A stretch of DNA of 64,000 nucleotides from Camelus ferus (taxonomy: Eukaryota), in the NCBI RefSeq assembly GCF_009834535.1, contig NC_045724.1:23560001-23624000 (forward strand), read 5' to 3'. The notes below the pieces were generated by a model. It was not told where the DNA came from, searched no databases, and saw only the letters and a program-made list of their open reading frames with translations. The position numbers and the translations under genes were made by a program. Of this stretch, positions 1-13,705 are shown in pieces (within the stretch, counting starts at the first letter, position 1; each line of letters opens with the position of its first letter).

Positions 1-2874
1 GTTAGGCAGTGATTAATACTGAACTGACTCCTGTGAAAGCAAGGCGAAATGGAAAAACTCCTAATTCAGAAATGTCACCATGGGTGTTAAGATCTGACCA
101 TTTCTAAGTGCATCTGAGAGCTAAAGAGATGAGTGTGCTCTCTAATTTGTACTTATCACCCTCCACACGGGAAAATTGGTCTTTGATTCAGTGTTAAAAC
201 CACTGTCTGCCTGGCCTGACACCACTGGTGACATGATATTTTGAACTAATGATGAGTCTGTTGAAGAAGTGGTACCCTGTGGAGTAGTACTTCATTGTGC
301 CTCCCCAGATTGACTCCTTACCCCCCTTCAGCCAGGCCCACCTCCTTCTGCTAACTTTCAGAGGTGGAAATACAAATGTTAGTCCTCAGAGATCTGCCCA
401 CAACACTAATTAGCCTGATAAAACAATCAGAAAGATTACAAAGCGGTGGGAGCCATGGGTGCTCTACAGTGAGATCTGCAGTCATCAGCCCGGACACCCT
501 GGGTGTAAGTCAGTTTAGAAATCACCTACAAAGTCATGTTAAAACCACAGTATTTCTGGAAGAATGAGAAGTGGGCTCCAAACAGGTCATAAACTGTTCA
601 TGCTTTGTAACTTGGGATTTACGTGACAGAGAAACAAAGATATCAGTTAGTTACACACTTTTGGAAAGATAATTTAGTTAAAGTATGATTTTGTTAGTAA
701 ACATTTTTAATTTGCAGGGCTATGAAAATGTGTCCTGCAAACACACGTGTGTGAACGTGCTTACGAGCACTTTATGTGGTGCAGGGCTGGGAGAGGGGCC
801 GCCCTGCAAGGACGGTGCCCTTCCACCGGCATCCGTTACTCTGTGCCCACAGAGAGAGAGCTGTTCCACTTGCTGAGAGCCTAAGAAAAAACGCAACAGG
901 ACGTCAGGACATTAGCGTGTAGGCGTGAAGTGACTCCGGGGCACAGCTTTATGGGTATCTGTGAAAGCCGCTATTATTTCATAAGGAAGATCAGGTTATA
1001 GAAGTTATGTGAACAGTGAAGTAGGAACAGAAGGTATTTTAGTAAATGTGAGTGGAGGCAACATGAATGGACGAAGATAAAGGCCATCAATCAGGGGTAG
1101 ACAGTGTTGGACCAGGCGCTGTCGCTTACCCGGAGCTGTAACTCTCTCGCTGGGACACGTCAAGGGGTGACTCGCTGCTTAATGCGGTAGGAAGTGTCAA
1201 AGGCTGGAATGGAGAGATGTAGATTTTTAACTCCAACTCTGCAGTCTGGGGGAGTCCTTTAAGCTCTCTGGGTTTTATTCAGGCACTTACATATTTACTC
1301 AACAGACATTCAAAGCCCCCAGTCTCTCCTCTTCTGTCAACTGAGAACGTCGCTCAGGGCCTCTGCGCTCCGACGTGTTTCACTGAGTAGTAACAACTGC
1401 TTGATGAGGGACTTTACAGAAAGGAGAACTATGAGCTGCTTTTGAAAGATTGGAGGAATACAATTTAAATGATGGGAAAAAGGTCAGTTTGAACCAGGAA
1501 ATCAGTGGGGACAAAAGCATGGAGCCAGCCTACGCCGTCACCACGGAGAACCTGAGTCTGAGGATGAAGCAGTAGCGAGAGCTGGAAAGGTCTAGGGCGT
1601 ACACTGACTAACAAGAAGCTAACAGGGCCTCCTGGTGAGCCTCATACAAAGGACACGGGCGACGCCTCTTCAGTCGCCACTTCAGGCTCAGGGGCATGTA
1701 GCGAGGAGGTTGGTGAAATGACTAGAGGGCACTGGTAGGAAGTGACTTTATCACCTCTGACTAAGTTACTTAATGGACCTTTACAGTGTTTCCATGTCAT
1801 GATAACATTTGTAGGTGGGTAATTACTAGGCATTGTGACAGTATATGGGATTTTTTTTTTTGATGAAACAGAAAAAGATAGCATTATTAATTTTACTTTC
1901 TCCACTCCAAAATGTGACTTTAACCATTTATCTCTTCACTGCCCTTCTGTTTTCCATTTTCTTCTTTTTCCTCTCTCGTTTTATAAACCTCTCCCTGCAC
2001 TAACTCCCCAAGCCCCCTCCGAGTGAACAGCACTGAGCTGCTTCCGAAGGCACCACAGAATATTGCCCATTATTTTAAGTTTGAAAATGCCAGAGACACG
2101 TTGAATGAAATCCACCACACTCCTCTTATACAACACGTTTGACCTCTGGATACGTTAAAAGCTTCATCCTCCAGTGCTTTCAATTCTAATCCTTGCAGAG
2201 ACGAAATTCATTGCTTGAATTATAAGAGTGAGTCTCATTAAGGCTAAAAAGCAGTGACCCAGAGAGCATCATGGAGTAATATGGTGACCTTGCAACTTTA
2301 CAGCTTTTCTTTCAAATCTGACTATGTAGTCAAATCATTTCAATAGTCAATTAATCAATTGGTTAACACTAGCCTGTAAGTGCTCTGAGTCAGAAGTTAG
2401 TAGATCATTTGACCAATGCCAGTCTGGATAGAATTAAGCTGAGAATCGTAGTACGCTTAATTTTCCAAACCTTTCATAAACGATGAGAATCAAAGGAGTA
2501 GAGTTTCATGAACTATGTGAATGCTGCAATCACTAACAGTTATACAATACTGACGCTCTAATAAGCATCAATATTTTGAAACTTACACCATAAATATGTT
2601 AATGATGTGTGTTTGCATTCCACTGGTAAGGAAAGGCTGTAAATATAATTAAGCAGGTCTTGAGTAATGAAATGTGATGTTGGCTGAATTCTCAAATTCT
2701 GTGCACCTTTGGGGCAATATATACCGTTAGGATTATTCTGCTCTGGGGAGGAGGCGGAAATGTGTATAGTTGAGTAGGACATCCTACAGGATGTTTAAAG
2801 CCTAGGGAATTTTTTTTTTAATTTTTCCGGAAAGAGGTCTTGTAAAAAATTATTTCCATCCACTTTTTTGGCAG

Positions 2875-3156
2875 ATGCAAGATATACGGAACCCGGAAGG
2901 AACTCAATACAGCTCCCATCCTCAGATGGCAGCCATGAGACCAAGGGGTCAGCCCGCAGACATCAGGCAGCAGCCAGGAATGATGCAGCACGGCCAGCTG
3001 ACCACCATCAACCAATCCCAGCTAAGTGCTCAGCTTGGATTGAACATGGGAGGGAGCAGCGTCCCCCACAACTCACCGTCTCCTCCCGGAAGCAAGTCCG
3101 CGACTCCATCACCATCCAGTTCAGTGCATGAGGATGAAGGCGATGATACCTCTAAG
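2875..3156 (+). CDS. TOX: TOX internal coding exon (human exon 4 equivalent), 282 bp, phase 0/0: [17 protein letters not shown]...[10 protein letters not shown]
   Basis: Polypyrimidine tract and ggcag acceptor ending at 2874; donor AAG|gtacga at 3157. The translation matches the TOX linker upstream of the HMG box ([17 protein letters not shown] motif). Confidence 0.97.
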
Positions 3157-3573
3157 GTACGACTACATTACTTTTAGAACCTATGGAAATGCTCCTTGCC
3201 TAAAAAAAACAAAAGCAAAAAAATACTTCTTTGATGTCTTCCTTGACCTATGGTGGGTGCAAGTTTATATCATCCAAACGAGAAACATTGGTTGGGGACG
3301 TACTTCTGTAATGAAGCATGAGGTTACAGTCCAAATGGATTAAATCACCTGCTGGTTCAGTACATTTTAAGTCCCTAACAAATCCTTTAAATTCAGATGT
3401 ATTAAACAAAAGTAGGTTGTACCCACACAGTACAGGATCTGCATGGTGAGTAAGGAAGAATAAATCTTACAGGATTCAGCATCCAAGATCAAGCTTAATT
3501 CACCACTCATTCCAAAGACTTGAATTCAATTTAACCACTTTAAGAAGGCAACATCCCAGGGATACAGTGATGG

Positions 3574-3575
<2 letters not shown>

Positions 3576-3615
<40 letters not shown>
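3576..3615. repeat. (GT)20 microsatellite
   Basis: Perfect dinucleotide run read directly. Confidence 0.97.
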
Positions 3616-3618
<3 letters not shown>

Positions 3619-3769
3619 GGTTAGAGGAAATCTTTGAGATCATCTGACCCAGACATTTCATATTGAGGAAGAAAAAAAAGGAAGAGCCAGAGATACTAGA
3701 CACTTCCTTCCAGAAGCAGAATCCTGGGTGTTTCATTATCTACCTTTTGTTAACCCCATGCCCATATAC

Positions 3770-3789
3770 CTGTCTGTCTGTCTGTCTGT
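3770..3789. repeat. (CTGT)5 tetranucleotide repeat
   Basis: Read directly. Confidence 0.9.
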
Positions 3790-4295
3790 GTCACCTTATC
3801 TGTATAGAAAGATAGGTCTTAACTGTTCTTAGGATGGAAATTAGCTGCAACGGGCAGTTAGCTCTTTGAGCTATTCAAGGCAGCTTTTTCAAACAACTGC
3901 ACCACAGCCAAGTCCACTGTCACTCAGAGCGTCAGAACAATCTTTTTGCTGCCTTGGTTATCAGTCAAGCATCTTCCAAACGGGTCCCAGTGAGAAGGAC
4001 TCCCATGCCTGCCTACTGTGAAAAGCACTGGCGGCTACCTGAGTACTTCATGCTCCTCCTTTTTTAAAAATATCACCAATGAATTGTCACTTGGGTCGGC
4101 CCTTTTTTGGTCACTTGCAAGAATTTTGTTTTTGGAAAACAGAAGACAACACTGTGGGATTCTGACGTTTGTGGTTAACTACACTACACTAGTCTATATG
4201 ACCCAACAGCGACACTAATTTTTTTAACAATCCAGATAAACAGGGACACACAGATAAATAAATCCTGATCATAGAGACAAGGCTGCTCTGCAGAC

Positions 4296-4820
4296 TGTTT
4301 GATTGTTTTCAGTGTTCTTAATGCTCTGGCATTTGGGGCCTTCATCCCAGAAAGACTACCCCTCGCGGGGTAGCTAATCCCTAGGGGTAGTGAACGATAA
4401 ACGCCCATCTCTGATAAACGCACCAGCCAATCGGGAGCCCACACCCCAATCTTCTTTATCAAACCCTCACCCCTCACGCCAGTACTCCCCCTGCCCTAGA
4501 CCCCCCCAGGACCGGGTACTGGACAACTAGGGACCCCCTCTCCAGCGCAGAGCCCACTGAAAGAGTGCAGACCACCCAGTGCTAAGCGTAGGCAGCAGAC
4601 CCAGCCTGCCTCGCCCCTTCTTCCCGCGAGAACCCCAGTGAGGCTCTGGGCCGTGCACTGCCCTCTCTCGTCTCTGCCTCCTGATGACCCTGCACCGCGT
4701 GCGGGGCAGCCCGCTTCTAGGTTTGTGTGCCTGTAAACGCCTTCCTTCGTGACATGCACGTCCCTGTCTGCTGTCTTACTGTTGCTGATGGAAGCAAACC
4801 GCCAGTATATTTTAGAACCA
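4296..4820 (+). mobile_element. Solo LTR, MER74/MER73/MER54-like (ERVL class), sense to TOX in intron 4
   Basis: TG...CA termini. Internal blocks (gctctggcatttggggcc, ccaatcgggagcccacaccc, ggacaactagggac, agagcccactgaaa, ctctgcctcctga, tattttagaacca) resemble the recalled MER74-group consensus. Subfamily uncertain. Confidence 0.7.
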
Positions 4821-6479
4821 CTGTGCAGCTAAATACCAGCCCCCATGCGGACGCCTCACCCTCACAGACTCTCCCTGATGTCAGGCAGCCAGCCTCTCAT
4901 GAGGGAAGATAAAAAAGGAGGCAGAGACTAATCGATGTTACATAAGTAGTTTATTGGGCTAGTGAAAGCCTGATCGTTTAGAGGTCAAAATAGATGTTTA
5001 AGAAAATGTGTATTATTCTAATAGTATCGCCAGCCCATGAGTACCTGAACCTTAATGTGAACACCAAGAATTTGTTTGTGGCCAGTTTAGATCTGATTAT
5101 GCATAGTTAATTCAAGTTGAATTCCTAAACACAGGTGAGATATACTATATTGAAAGGGGAAAAAAATCATAGTTCTACTCATAGTAAAAACCAATTTGTG
5201 CATCTGTATTATGCCTTTATCAGCATTCTTTGTGGACATTTCAGGAAATTAATGCAAAATTAGTAACAGCTTCTGACAGGAGATTTTATGCAGGATGATT
5301 CTTACTTACAGTAGCATCTTCCACACCCTTCAACTTCTATGAGTAGCACACTGTGTAGAAGCCAGAAATTCATAGAATTAATATGGAGAGATTCTGCCAT
5401 TTTCGACTGACACATAAGGTCCATATCTTATCATTTTCCTGAGGCCTGAATTTGTATGTTGCGAGTTTCTAGGTTGGTATGAAGCTTTTGAGTATCCTAT
5501 CCAATCACTCAACATCCATATCGTAAGATACTTTATAGCTCACGACTAATGATCACGTAAGCTTTGTGTAGTGGATGCGTGTTCTATAGTGGAATGGTCC
5601 TGAACACACTAGGTGTGAAGGCAGGGGATGAATTTCTCAAGAATGCCCTCATTAAAATGGCGTTTTGTCTACACAGATAGCCTCAAGTTCGTGTTTAGTT
5701 TCAGTGTATTTTCCATCTCAAGAAAATCCACTCTCCCATTCCAACTTTACATACCATTCGTTCTTCACCTTTTCTCTCGTTTAAATCCCTCCTACCTCTC
5801 TATTCAACTTATATTTATTAAATGGCTAAAAAAAGATCCTCTGATGAAAATGATCAAGCATTCTTCATCACAGCTAATGATTAAACTGGAATTTTTCCTG
5901 TGTATATGAGCAGGATTTATGTGGAATGTTGCAGTGCAACAGCTCCAGTTAAACGTGAAATGGCGTTAAGTTGAAAGGATCATTTAAATCATTTCTAACA
6001 AGAGAACTACCAAAAAAATTATATTTACTCTCACACCTGAAAAAGAAGCCTTTAAATCGGCCCTCTTAATACTTTGTACTCTCATAAGCAACCGCATATT
6101 AATTCCAGTTTATCTAATTGAACAATCAAATGAAATAACTGTTTTGACAGAAAGGAATATTGTAAATACATCAGTAAAATAAATTATCACCTTATAAACA
6201 CTCCCCATGGTTCTGATTGCTGTGGAGCTGTGTCGACAGCCTAAAGTCATAAACTAGACACACAGTCAAACATCAAAGAAATACAAACCCGGGTAGCTTG
6301 CGGTTCTAAGCCTGTAATCCAGTCCTTGTAATACAAGTATCCGTGGCATTACAGCCCGTTTTTAGCAGTTTTCCCTTTAAGGAAGCTACAAGCCAAGGCT
6401 CACAGTTGGCGTTCATATAAGCACCAGAATATTTGGGTTTATTTTTCCTTTTAAGAGTGTTGCTTTTTATTTGTCCCAC

Positions 6480-7950
6480 ATGTAGTCTATGTTTCTTTTT
6501 CTCTTTCTTACCTTCCTTAAGATTGTTCTTCTTTTTCTCATTCCATAATTTCCCATTTTAAGATTGGAAATTTTGTATTCTTCCTCTAAATTTAGTAACC
6601 ACCCCTGACACGCAAATGCATGAAGGTCTAACATTGGTCAGCATCTTCACCCTTCTTAGGTTCCTTCAGCGCAACACGCGTCCCTCCAACCTCTGCTGGG
6701 CAGATATTGCTGCTGTTTGTTTTAATTATAGTTTAAATTAAGTGTAATTTAATAAACTCCATGAAACACTATTTCTATTATTATTTCAGTCTTTTTCCTT
6801 TAGGTTTATTCACATGTAATAGAATTTTTTTTATCTGGCATCATTTTCCCTATTCCTTCAAAATCTTCTCTGACGAGGATCTACTGGGAACATTACCTTA
6901 AAAAGTTCTTCCACTAGGAGTAGAATTTTAGATTGACAGTGCTTCTCTCCTGTCATTTTGAACATATTACTCCATCGAATCCTGATTTTCATTATTGCTT
7001 TTGAGAATTCTACTGCCTCACTGTCTTTCCTTTGAGAGTAATCTGCCTCGGTTCTCTGACTGGTTTTAAGATCTCCTTTTGCCTTTGGTGTCCTGCAGCC
7101 GCACTGTAATGTATGTGAGTTTCTTTATCCTGAATTTAAATAGTTCCTACCCCATTCTTGCTCCCTTCTCGATCTGTAATTCTGATAAGATGTCTGCTAG
7201 ACTTTCGTATCCTATCCTCCATGGCTCTTTTCTTTCATATTTTCTGTTTCCCTGTTGCTCTGTGTTACATTCTGCTTAATGTATTTATATCAATTTCCCA
7301 GTTCATAATTCAGTTTTCAGCTACATCAAATCTGAAATTAAAGCTGATATACTGAGGTTTTAATTTCAGTTATTTTATATTCCTAGTTTATTTGGTTCTT
7401 TCCCAAATCTGTTTGGACATTTTTGTTTTAATTGCTTGCTCTTTATCCATAGATTTCATCCCTTTTGTCAAGTATTTGCTAATTCCGATACGTGACATCT
7501 ACTGAGGTCTGGTTCTATTGTCTATTGTTGCTGCTGGCTCTTAGTTTTAATGCCTTGCTTTGTTTTGCTTTTAATAAGAGCTGATATTTATTAGAACTTT
7601 ATAAGAATTCTACTGGACCTGGTTTGAAAGCAGATTCCCCTAAAGATGATTTGTGTTTGCTTCTTCCAGGCATCTTGGACCATTACAATCTAGAACCACT
7701 TTTGGCTTAAAGTTTTTCAGATCACTCGAGTAGTATGCTTTCAGGGTATAAACCCTCACAAATGCTGGCTTCTGTTTGTGAATTAGCACAAAAGATATTT
7801 TCCCCCTCATTCAGTATCATCCTGGCAGGTCCCGGGAGGGAACACGCAAGGGAAGTCATTTTATCTCCCCCTTGCACTGAAAGTCTAATTCTTTTCTGTC
7901 CTGACTTAATAGGAACCTTCCTGTTAAACACCCCGCTTTTGTTGGTCGGC
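6480..7950 (-). mobile_element. Ancient, highly diverged L1 fragment (L1M/L1ME-type); boundaries approximate
   Basis: T-rich strand bias and motifs typical of antisense old L1 (ctgactggttttaagatctcctttt, ttcagttttcagct, tgtttgcttcttccaggcatc). Confidence 0.45.
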
Positions 7951-10402
7951 CATAGGCTTTGTCACCTATCTGCCGTGACTTGGACTCAATTTCAACAGGT
8001 TCAGCAATTATCTTCATGATGAAAACTGACTCTGGTACTCTGTTTACTTCTCTGAATTCCCGCTTTCACGTGCCTTTTTTTTTTTAGCTTTTAAGAGTTT
8101 CCTACTAATTTGCTAGTTCATCCATGTATGTGCGTTGCTATACTGGGCAGAAAGAGGAGTTTTTTTTCACAAATAAAATAGGATGTGACTAGAGCAACAA
8201 TTAAATGAGCCTTCAGAAAAGTACTTTTTATTTACCACTGTTCTGAAGGCTAGGAGATTCCTGGAACAAAGTAAAAATGATACGCACACAGGTTTCTATA
8301 AATACTGAGTGAAATCAAGCTGTGTTGGAACTGAATGTCAGGTCACGTTATCCAGCTTTGGGACAGAATATTGAAAATAGGGACTTGAAAGTCTGATATT
8401 TCCCAGATTGAACTATACTTACTACACAGTTTTTCAACACTTCACTTGATAGAATATGTATGACACTTTTAAAGAATTTCTTAGATCCCAGCAACTGAGA
8501 AAATACGTACTCCTCATTTGTCAGAAATAAAGTATCCCATTGGTTAAGACTGAGCTTTAAAAAGTAGTTCTGGGGAAAAGAGTAGAATGCAGTCAAACAC
8601 CCAGTTAGTACTCGGTTCCAAATAATTGTTCCTAAACTTCATTTAGGTCATTATCTTATACTAGGAAGTGGTATTTTCAAGATGTGTATGTTCTTAGATG
8701 ATTCGTACCCCAGAAGACTGAGCGTGCTTGATGGAGTCATGAGATAAAAAGCACGGGAGGCTTACACATAAACACTGGGCACTTTCCCAGGACCCTGTGT
8801 CCACAGCTTGTGCATTCTTGGGAAGGCAGGAGAAACCCTCAGTCTACAATAGCAAGAGGAAAGCATGTTGATCTAGGCAGGCAAATTCAGAAACCAAATG
8901 AATCTAACAAAATTGATAACTATAAGTAACGGGTGTACGTAGTTACAATCAAATCTTTTCTTCACTTTAAAGTGATTTTTTCTGGACAGTAGCCTAAATT
9001 TCTGAACTTACATAAGGCCACTGAGTGTTTTGGTTAAACTCATCCTAAAACAGTACTCAGTTACGTTTGGCAGAATCAAGAACCCTTAAAAATGGATTTG
9101 CTTTACAAACTGTGGTACCAATACAATGCCCTGCACTTGTGAATCATTTCAAGAGTATAACATTTCATATATGGTTTTCTATAATTGATGTTTTGAGTCA
9201 GTAAATGTACTGTTATTATTAATGATAATAATAAACCCGACTGTAAAATGAAAGAGGGATTACAGCCTTGCTGATTTCCCAGTAACGAGATGACTTGCTT
9301 TCCATGCTCATTTGAATTTATTCTCATAAGGGGATTTCAGATGGCACAGTTTAGAAAGAAAAGAGAGAATGAATTTAAGTAGCAAAATTTTTCATGTACA
9401 GAAACAGCACCGTCACAAAAAGTGCTGTGAGATGCCCTGTTTCTATGGTGAAGATTTTACAATATTNNNNNNNNNNNNNNNNNNNNNNNNNNNNNNNNNN
9501 NNNNNNNNNNNNNNNNNNNNNNNNNNNNNNNNNNNNNNNNNNNNNNNNNNNNNNNNNNNNNNNNNNNNNNNNNNNNNNNNNNNNNNNNNNNNNNNNNNNN
9601 NNNNNNNNNNNNNNNNNNNNNNNNNNNNNNNNNNNNNNNNNNNNNNNNNNNNNNNNNNNNNNNNNNNNNNNNNNNNNNNNNNNNNNNNNNNNNNTCCTTC
9701 CTTGAGAATCTTAACTCCTGGACCTGGTATTCTTACCTAAGTATTATCTAAGTAACACCATTAATACATGCTTTTTAAAAGTAAGAAATCATTGTTTCCT
9801 TGTGATAAATAAGTTAAATGCATCACTATAATTAAGCGGTAAGACATGAACAGGAGGTGGGTTACCAGAAGCATCAGGACAGCCCTAGGGATTTTGGAAA
9901 TAAATCTATGTCACCAGGTAAGTCACGTGAAGCATATGCCTCTGTGTAAAGCTTACGTGAGAGTAGTCTTTCTATGAATTTGTGGATGTATTTGTTTATT
10001 CATTAGTGCTTTAACTGAACAGGAAGTAAGTCTGTGGGTGTACATTGAGGGTTTCAACCCAGCCATGTTCTTGGTTGCTGTGATTTTCATACAGCTGTTA
10101 CATATGTTTCGAATTCCCTCTTTCTTGTAATTCTAAGCCTTTGGCCCAAGCTGTACAATATAGGGGTGGAAATGTGTGCTGATTCACTGCACGAAAGACT
10201 CCGCACGGATGCTGTGAGGATGGAAAGGTTAGCGGGACCTTGTCCCTACGCTCAGTGTGCTTGTAGGGGCTTCATATTTCTGCATTATATGGTTCCTTCT
10301 CTGTTGTAAAGATTGTGATGTTGGAATTACATTTAACTCTCCAGTCTTAGAACCCAAGTAACTTTAGAAATATTATACTCTAGAACAGTGTCCAGGACAC
10401 AA

Positions 10403-10604
10403 TGCAGTGCAGTTCAGTGCAGTCACCACCAATCATATACGTGTACATTTAAATTTGACTACTTAAAATTAAATAAGTAAAAAAATCAGTTCCTCGGGTG
10501 CTCTAGCCAAACAAGCTCTGTAGCCACATGTGGCTAGCAGCTACCCATTCAGACAATGCAGAGAACATTTTCATCTTTCTAGAAAATTCCATGAGTTAGT
10601 GCTG
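10403..10604 (-). mobile_element. MER3 (hAT-Charlie) MITE
   Basis: Contains atttaaattt...aaaattaaataag...tcagttcctc, tagccacatgtggctag, agaacattttcatc and terminal agtgctg, matching reverse-complemented MER3. Confidence 0.75.
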
Positions 10605-12354
10605 CTATAGTCTGCAGAAGTCAGAGTCTCTTAGAAAATTAGGACATTAAATTATAAGCTTTCATCCATCTAAGTAAGAATTTAGGGTCCAGACTATACT
10701 CAAAATTAAGGCCCAGGGACATATTACAAACCCATTTAGCTAATTTTCCCACCACAATCGTATTCATCATCATTGTGCTCATTCCAAGTAGTTGGTGGTC
10801 AGTAAAGCCAGGTGTCTTTCAAAATGCAATCCATTCCTGGCAGGTAAGTGGATCCAAATTAGAGCCACATCTCTTTCTTTAGGGAAGCTTTGCATGTGAG
10901 AAATGACCATGTGGTTTTCAAATATGTGATGAAACCACCTCCAGAAAGTGGGCCCCGACAAATTCCCGGGTCATTAGACAGACTCTAAACAGTAGCTCAC
11001 TTCTGTACCTTCCCGAAGACAAGCAAAGTGCGAAATAAAATATGAGGCCCCCACACGTCAGGAGGCAGTGCCCAGTGTTCACGCGGCCGACAGACTTCAC
11101 TTCCTGCAGCACTGCCCACAGGGGTGCGTGCTAATATCAGACAGCGAACCACAACAGGGGGGTCGTGTCCCGTTATATTGCATCCTAAAAGCAAAGACAC
11201 TGTCCATACCCAGTAAGTCTTCATACGAGGAACACTGAGCAATGTAATGACAGTTCCCCTCAAAGCACATTTTATTTAAAAAAAAAATCTTTCATACATA
11301 ATTTTTATTTTTGTTTTTTCCTCTTGTATCAGCTTTTGGTGAAAGGGCATTCTCTTGAATCATAGTTCAGTTCTATGAGGACACTTTTATAAGTGATCAG
11401 AATATTATGATCCAAGTTGCAGAGGTCTAGTTTAATTACTGAAAGAAAGGCTGTGAATCTTGAGAAGTGAATATTGCATGTGTATCTCGTAGGTTGGCCC
11501 CCTCAGATGCCACTTTTCTGGCCGGGCAGGTAATTCCAGCTGAGGTGAACATGAGCATTTAAAAGGAAGGCATATCAGTGGGCTCTCGCTTTCAGGCGTC
11601 GAAAAGACAAAGCTGATGCGATGTAATGAGACTGGCTGGGAGTCTGGCCATAATGCGGGAGGACGTCCCAGCCTCACAGCTGAGTGCCTCCCAGGTGCCC
11701 GATCGGATACACAGTTGAAGCCTCAGGGTGACACTCCATAACGCACAAATCATGTCTCCTGAGCCTTGAAAGTATGGAGGCAGAAGTCATGAAATGCTTG
11801 TTTCTGCTAAAGGAAACTCAGATTGTGCAAGACTGCATCTGGCTAATCCTACTGAGCAAGCCAGGAAAGTAGGGGAAGCCTTCAGACAATGGACCAACGA
11901 ACCAAATTGATGGGCTGCACAGAACGTTTAGAGTTTCCTCAAAGGTTGCTGTACGTGGCCTCAGAACAGTAATTTGTGCTTTTCTTACACTTGATACCTA
12001 GAGCTTCTCACTGGCAGTGATAGGTTCTCCTGCTCCAGCAGATAATCCCTAAAAAGCAGGGCCATGTTGTCCAGTACAAGGATGCTGTCCTTTCTGTTAC
12101 CAGAGGGTATCACATAGCCAGGAGGTCTAAAACTTGCACCATGTTGTCCAGATACCAACTTACAAAGAAAAGAAGCATGAAGATCAGCAGTTCAAACACA
12201 GTTTTGGACCGTAAAAGATGGCAACTATTTAGATAATCTGGGGAAATCTTTTAATAAAAATATTCACGTTGCATCATAGGATGACATTTGATTATTTCCC
12301 AAAAAGACTGATACGATCTGCAATCATAGAGATTTCAATGTGTCAGATCATTAA

Positions 12355-12602
12355 TTTTTTAACTGAAGTAGAGTCAGTTTACAATGTTGTGTCAATTCTG
12401 GTGCACAGCATAATGCTTCAGTCATACGTGAGCATACGTATGTATTCGTTTTCATAGTCCTTTTCATTACAGGGTACTACAAGATACTGAATAGAGTTCC
12501 CTGTGCTCTACACTAGAAACTTGTTTATCTGTTTTATATATAGTAGTATATGCAAACTTCGGACTCCTAATTTATCCCTTCCCACCTCTTTTCCCCTGGT
12601 AC
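12355..12602 (-). mobile_element. 5'-truncated L1 3'UTR, cetartiodactyl type
   Basis: T-tract, then actgaagtagagtcagtttacaatgttgtg...gaatagagttccctgtgctctac...ctcctaatttatccc. Confidence 0.85.
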
Positions 12603-12789
12603 TAATTAATTTTTTAATTAAAATTTAAAATGAGTCCAGGTAAATATTCCATATGGACCAGCATCATTTCCCTGCACTTTGTTCCCTATCTGATGTTACC
12701 AATCCTTGATGAACTGTGACCTCCAACGTCATGATCCCTCCAGTTTTAATACTCTTCATGTGGTCTTTCTTGAATCCTTTTCTATTTTC

Positions 12790-12930
12790 TTCTTCATATT
12801 TTATTATTTTGAACATAGGAATTGTTATATTTAGAAAGTTGGAAATGGAGGCCCAGAAAATGATGTAATTTACCCAAGATTGCACAGCTAAAAACAATGA
12901 AAGATGGCATGAGTTAGGTCCTCTGACGTC
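12790..12930 (-). mobile_element. MIR SINE fragment
   Basis: MIR core-like ggaaatggaggcccagaaaatgatgtaatttacccaagattgcacagcta. Confidence 0.65.
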
Positions 12931-13214
12931 ACGTCCGCTGGCCTCTCAGGATACCATGCTTCCTCTCCAATGGTGACAGCTCTTTTACACAAATCACCTT
13001 GCCTCGCAGCTTATCTGAATAAGATACATGTGACCTTATGTTTGCCAAGAAGGGAAAAATCAGCAACAATCACAACAGTGGAAGGTGAGGGCACAGAACC
13101 TCCCACGATGATGGCGATGCCATCGAGAGGCGGTGCACGTGGGCGTGTATGCTGGTGGGAGAGGCGTGTGGAAAGAGGACTCCTTCAGGGACAGCACTAC
13201 TTGATATTCAGGTA

Positions 13215-13340
13215 GATTCACATAATCGTAGAACTAGAAAGAAATCTTAGCCCAAATCTCTCGTTCCATAGAAGTGGATGAAATGACATCACATACAGTT
13301 AGCTATTATCGAAGTTAATATTTAAATGCAGATATCCTAA
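13215..13340 (-). mobile_element. MIR SINE fragment (degenerate)
   Basis: atcgtagaactagaaagaaatcttagcccaaatc...catcacatacagttag resembles the MIR core. Confidence 0.45.
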
Positions 13341-13495
13341 TACATTGTGTGTTTTTCTCCACTTGCATCAGAATAGCAACACAGATTATCCAAATATTCA
13401 GACGCAAGGACAATGGGAGAAAAGGGAAACTATTCTTAAACCGAATATTAAAGCTGTCCTAAAAATGTCTAGATTTTAGAATCTATTTTCCAGAG

Positions 13496-13705
13496 ATGCA
13501 CTTTCCAGTATGGTAGCCATTAGTCACATGTAGCTATTTAAATTTAAAGCAATTAAAATTAAAGAAAGTTTAAGATTTTGTTTCTTATTCCTGCTAGCCA
13601 CATTTCCTATGCTCATCAGTTACATGTAGCTAGTGGCTACCATATTGAATAATGCAGATTTTAGAACTTTACCCTCATTGCAGAAGGTTTTGTTGGACAA
13701 CACTG
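13496..13705 (-). mobile_element. MER3 (hAT-Charlie) MITE, near full length
   Basis: tccagtatggtagccattagtcacatgtagctatttaaattt...gctagtggctaccatattgaataatgcag...gttggacaacactg, with the internal inverted repeats typical of MER3. Confidence 0.85.
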
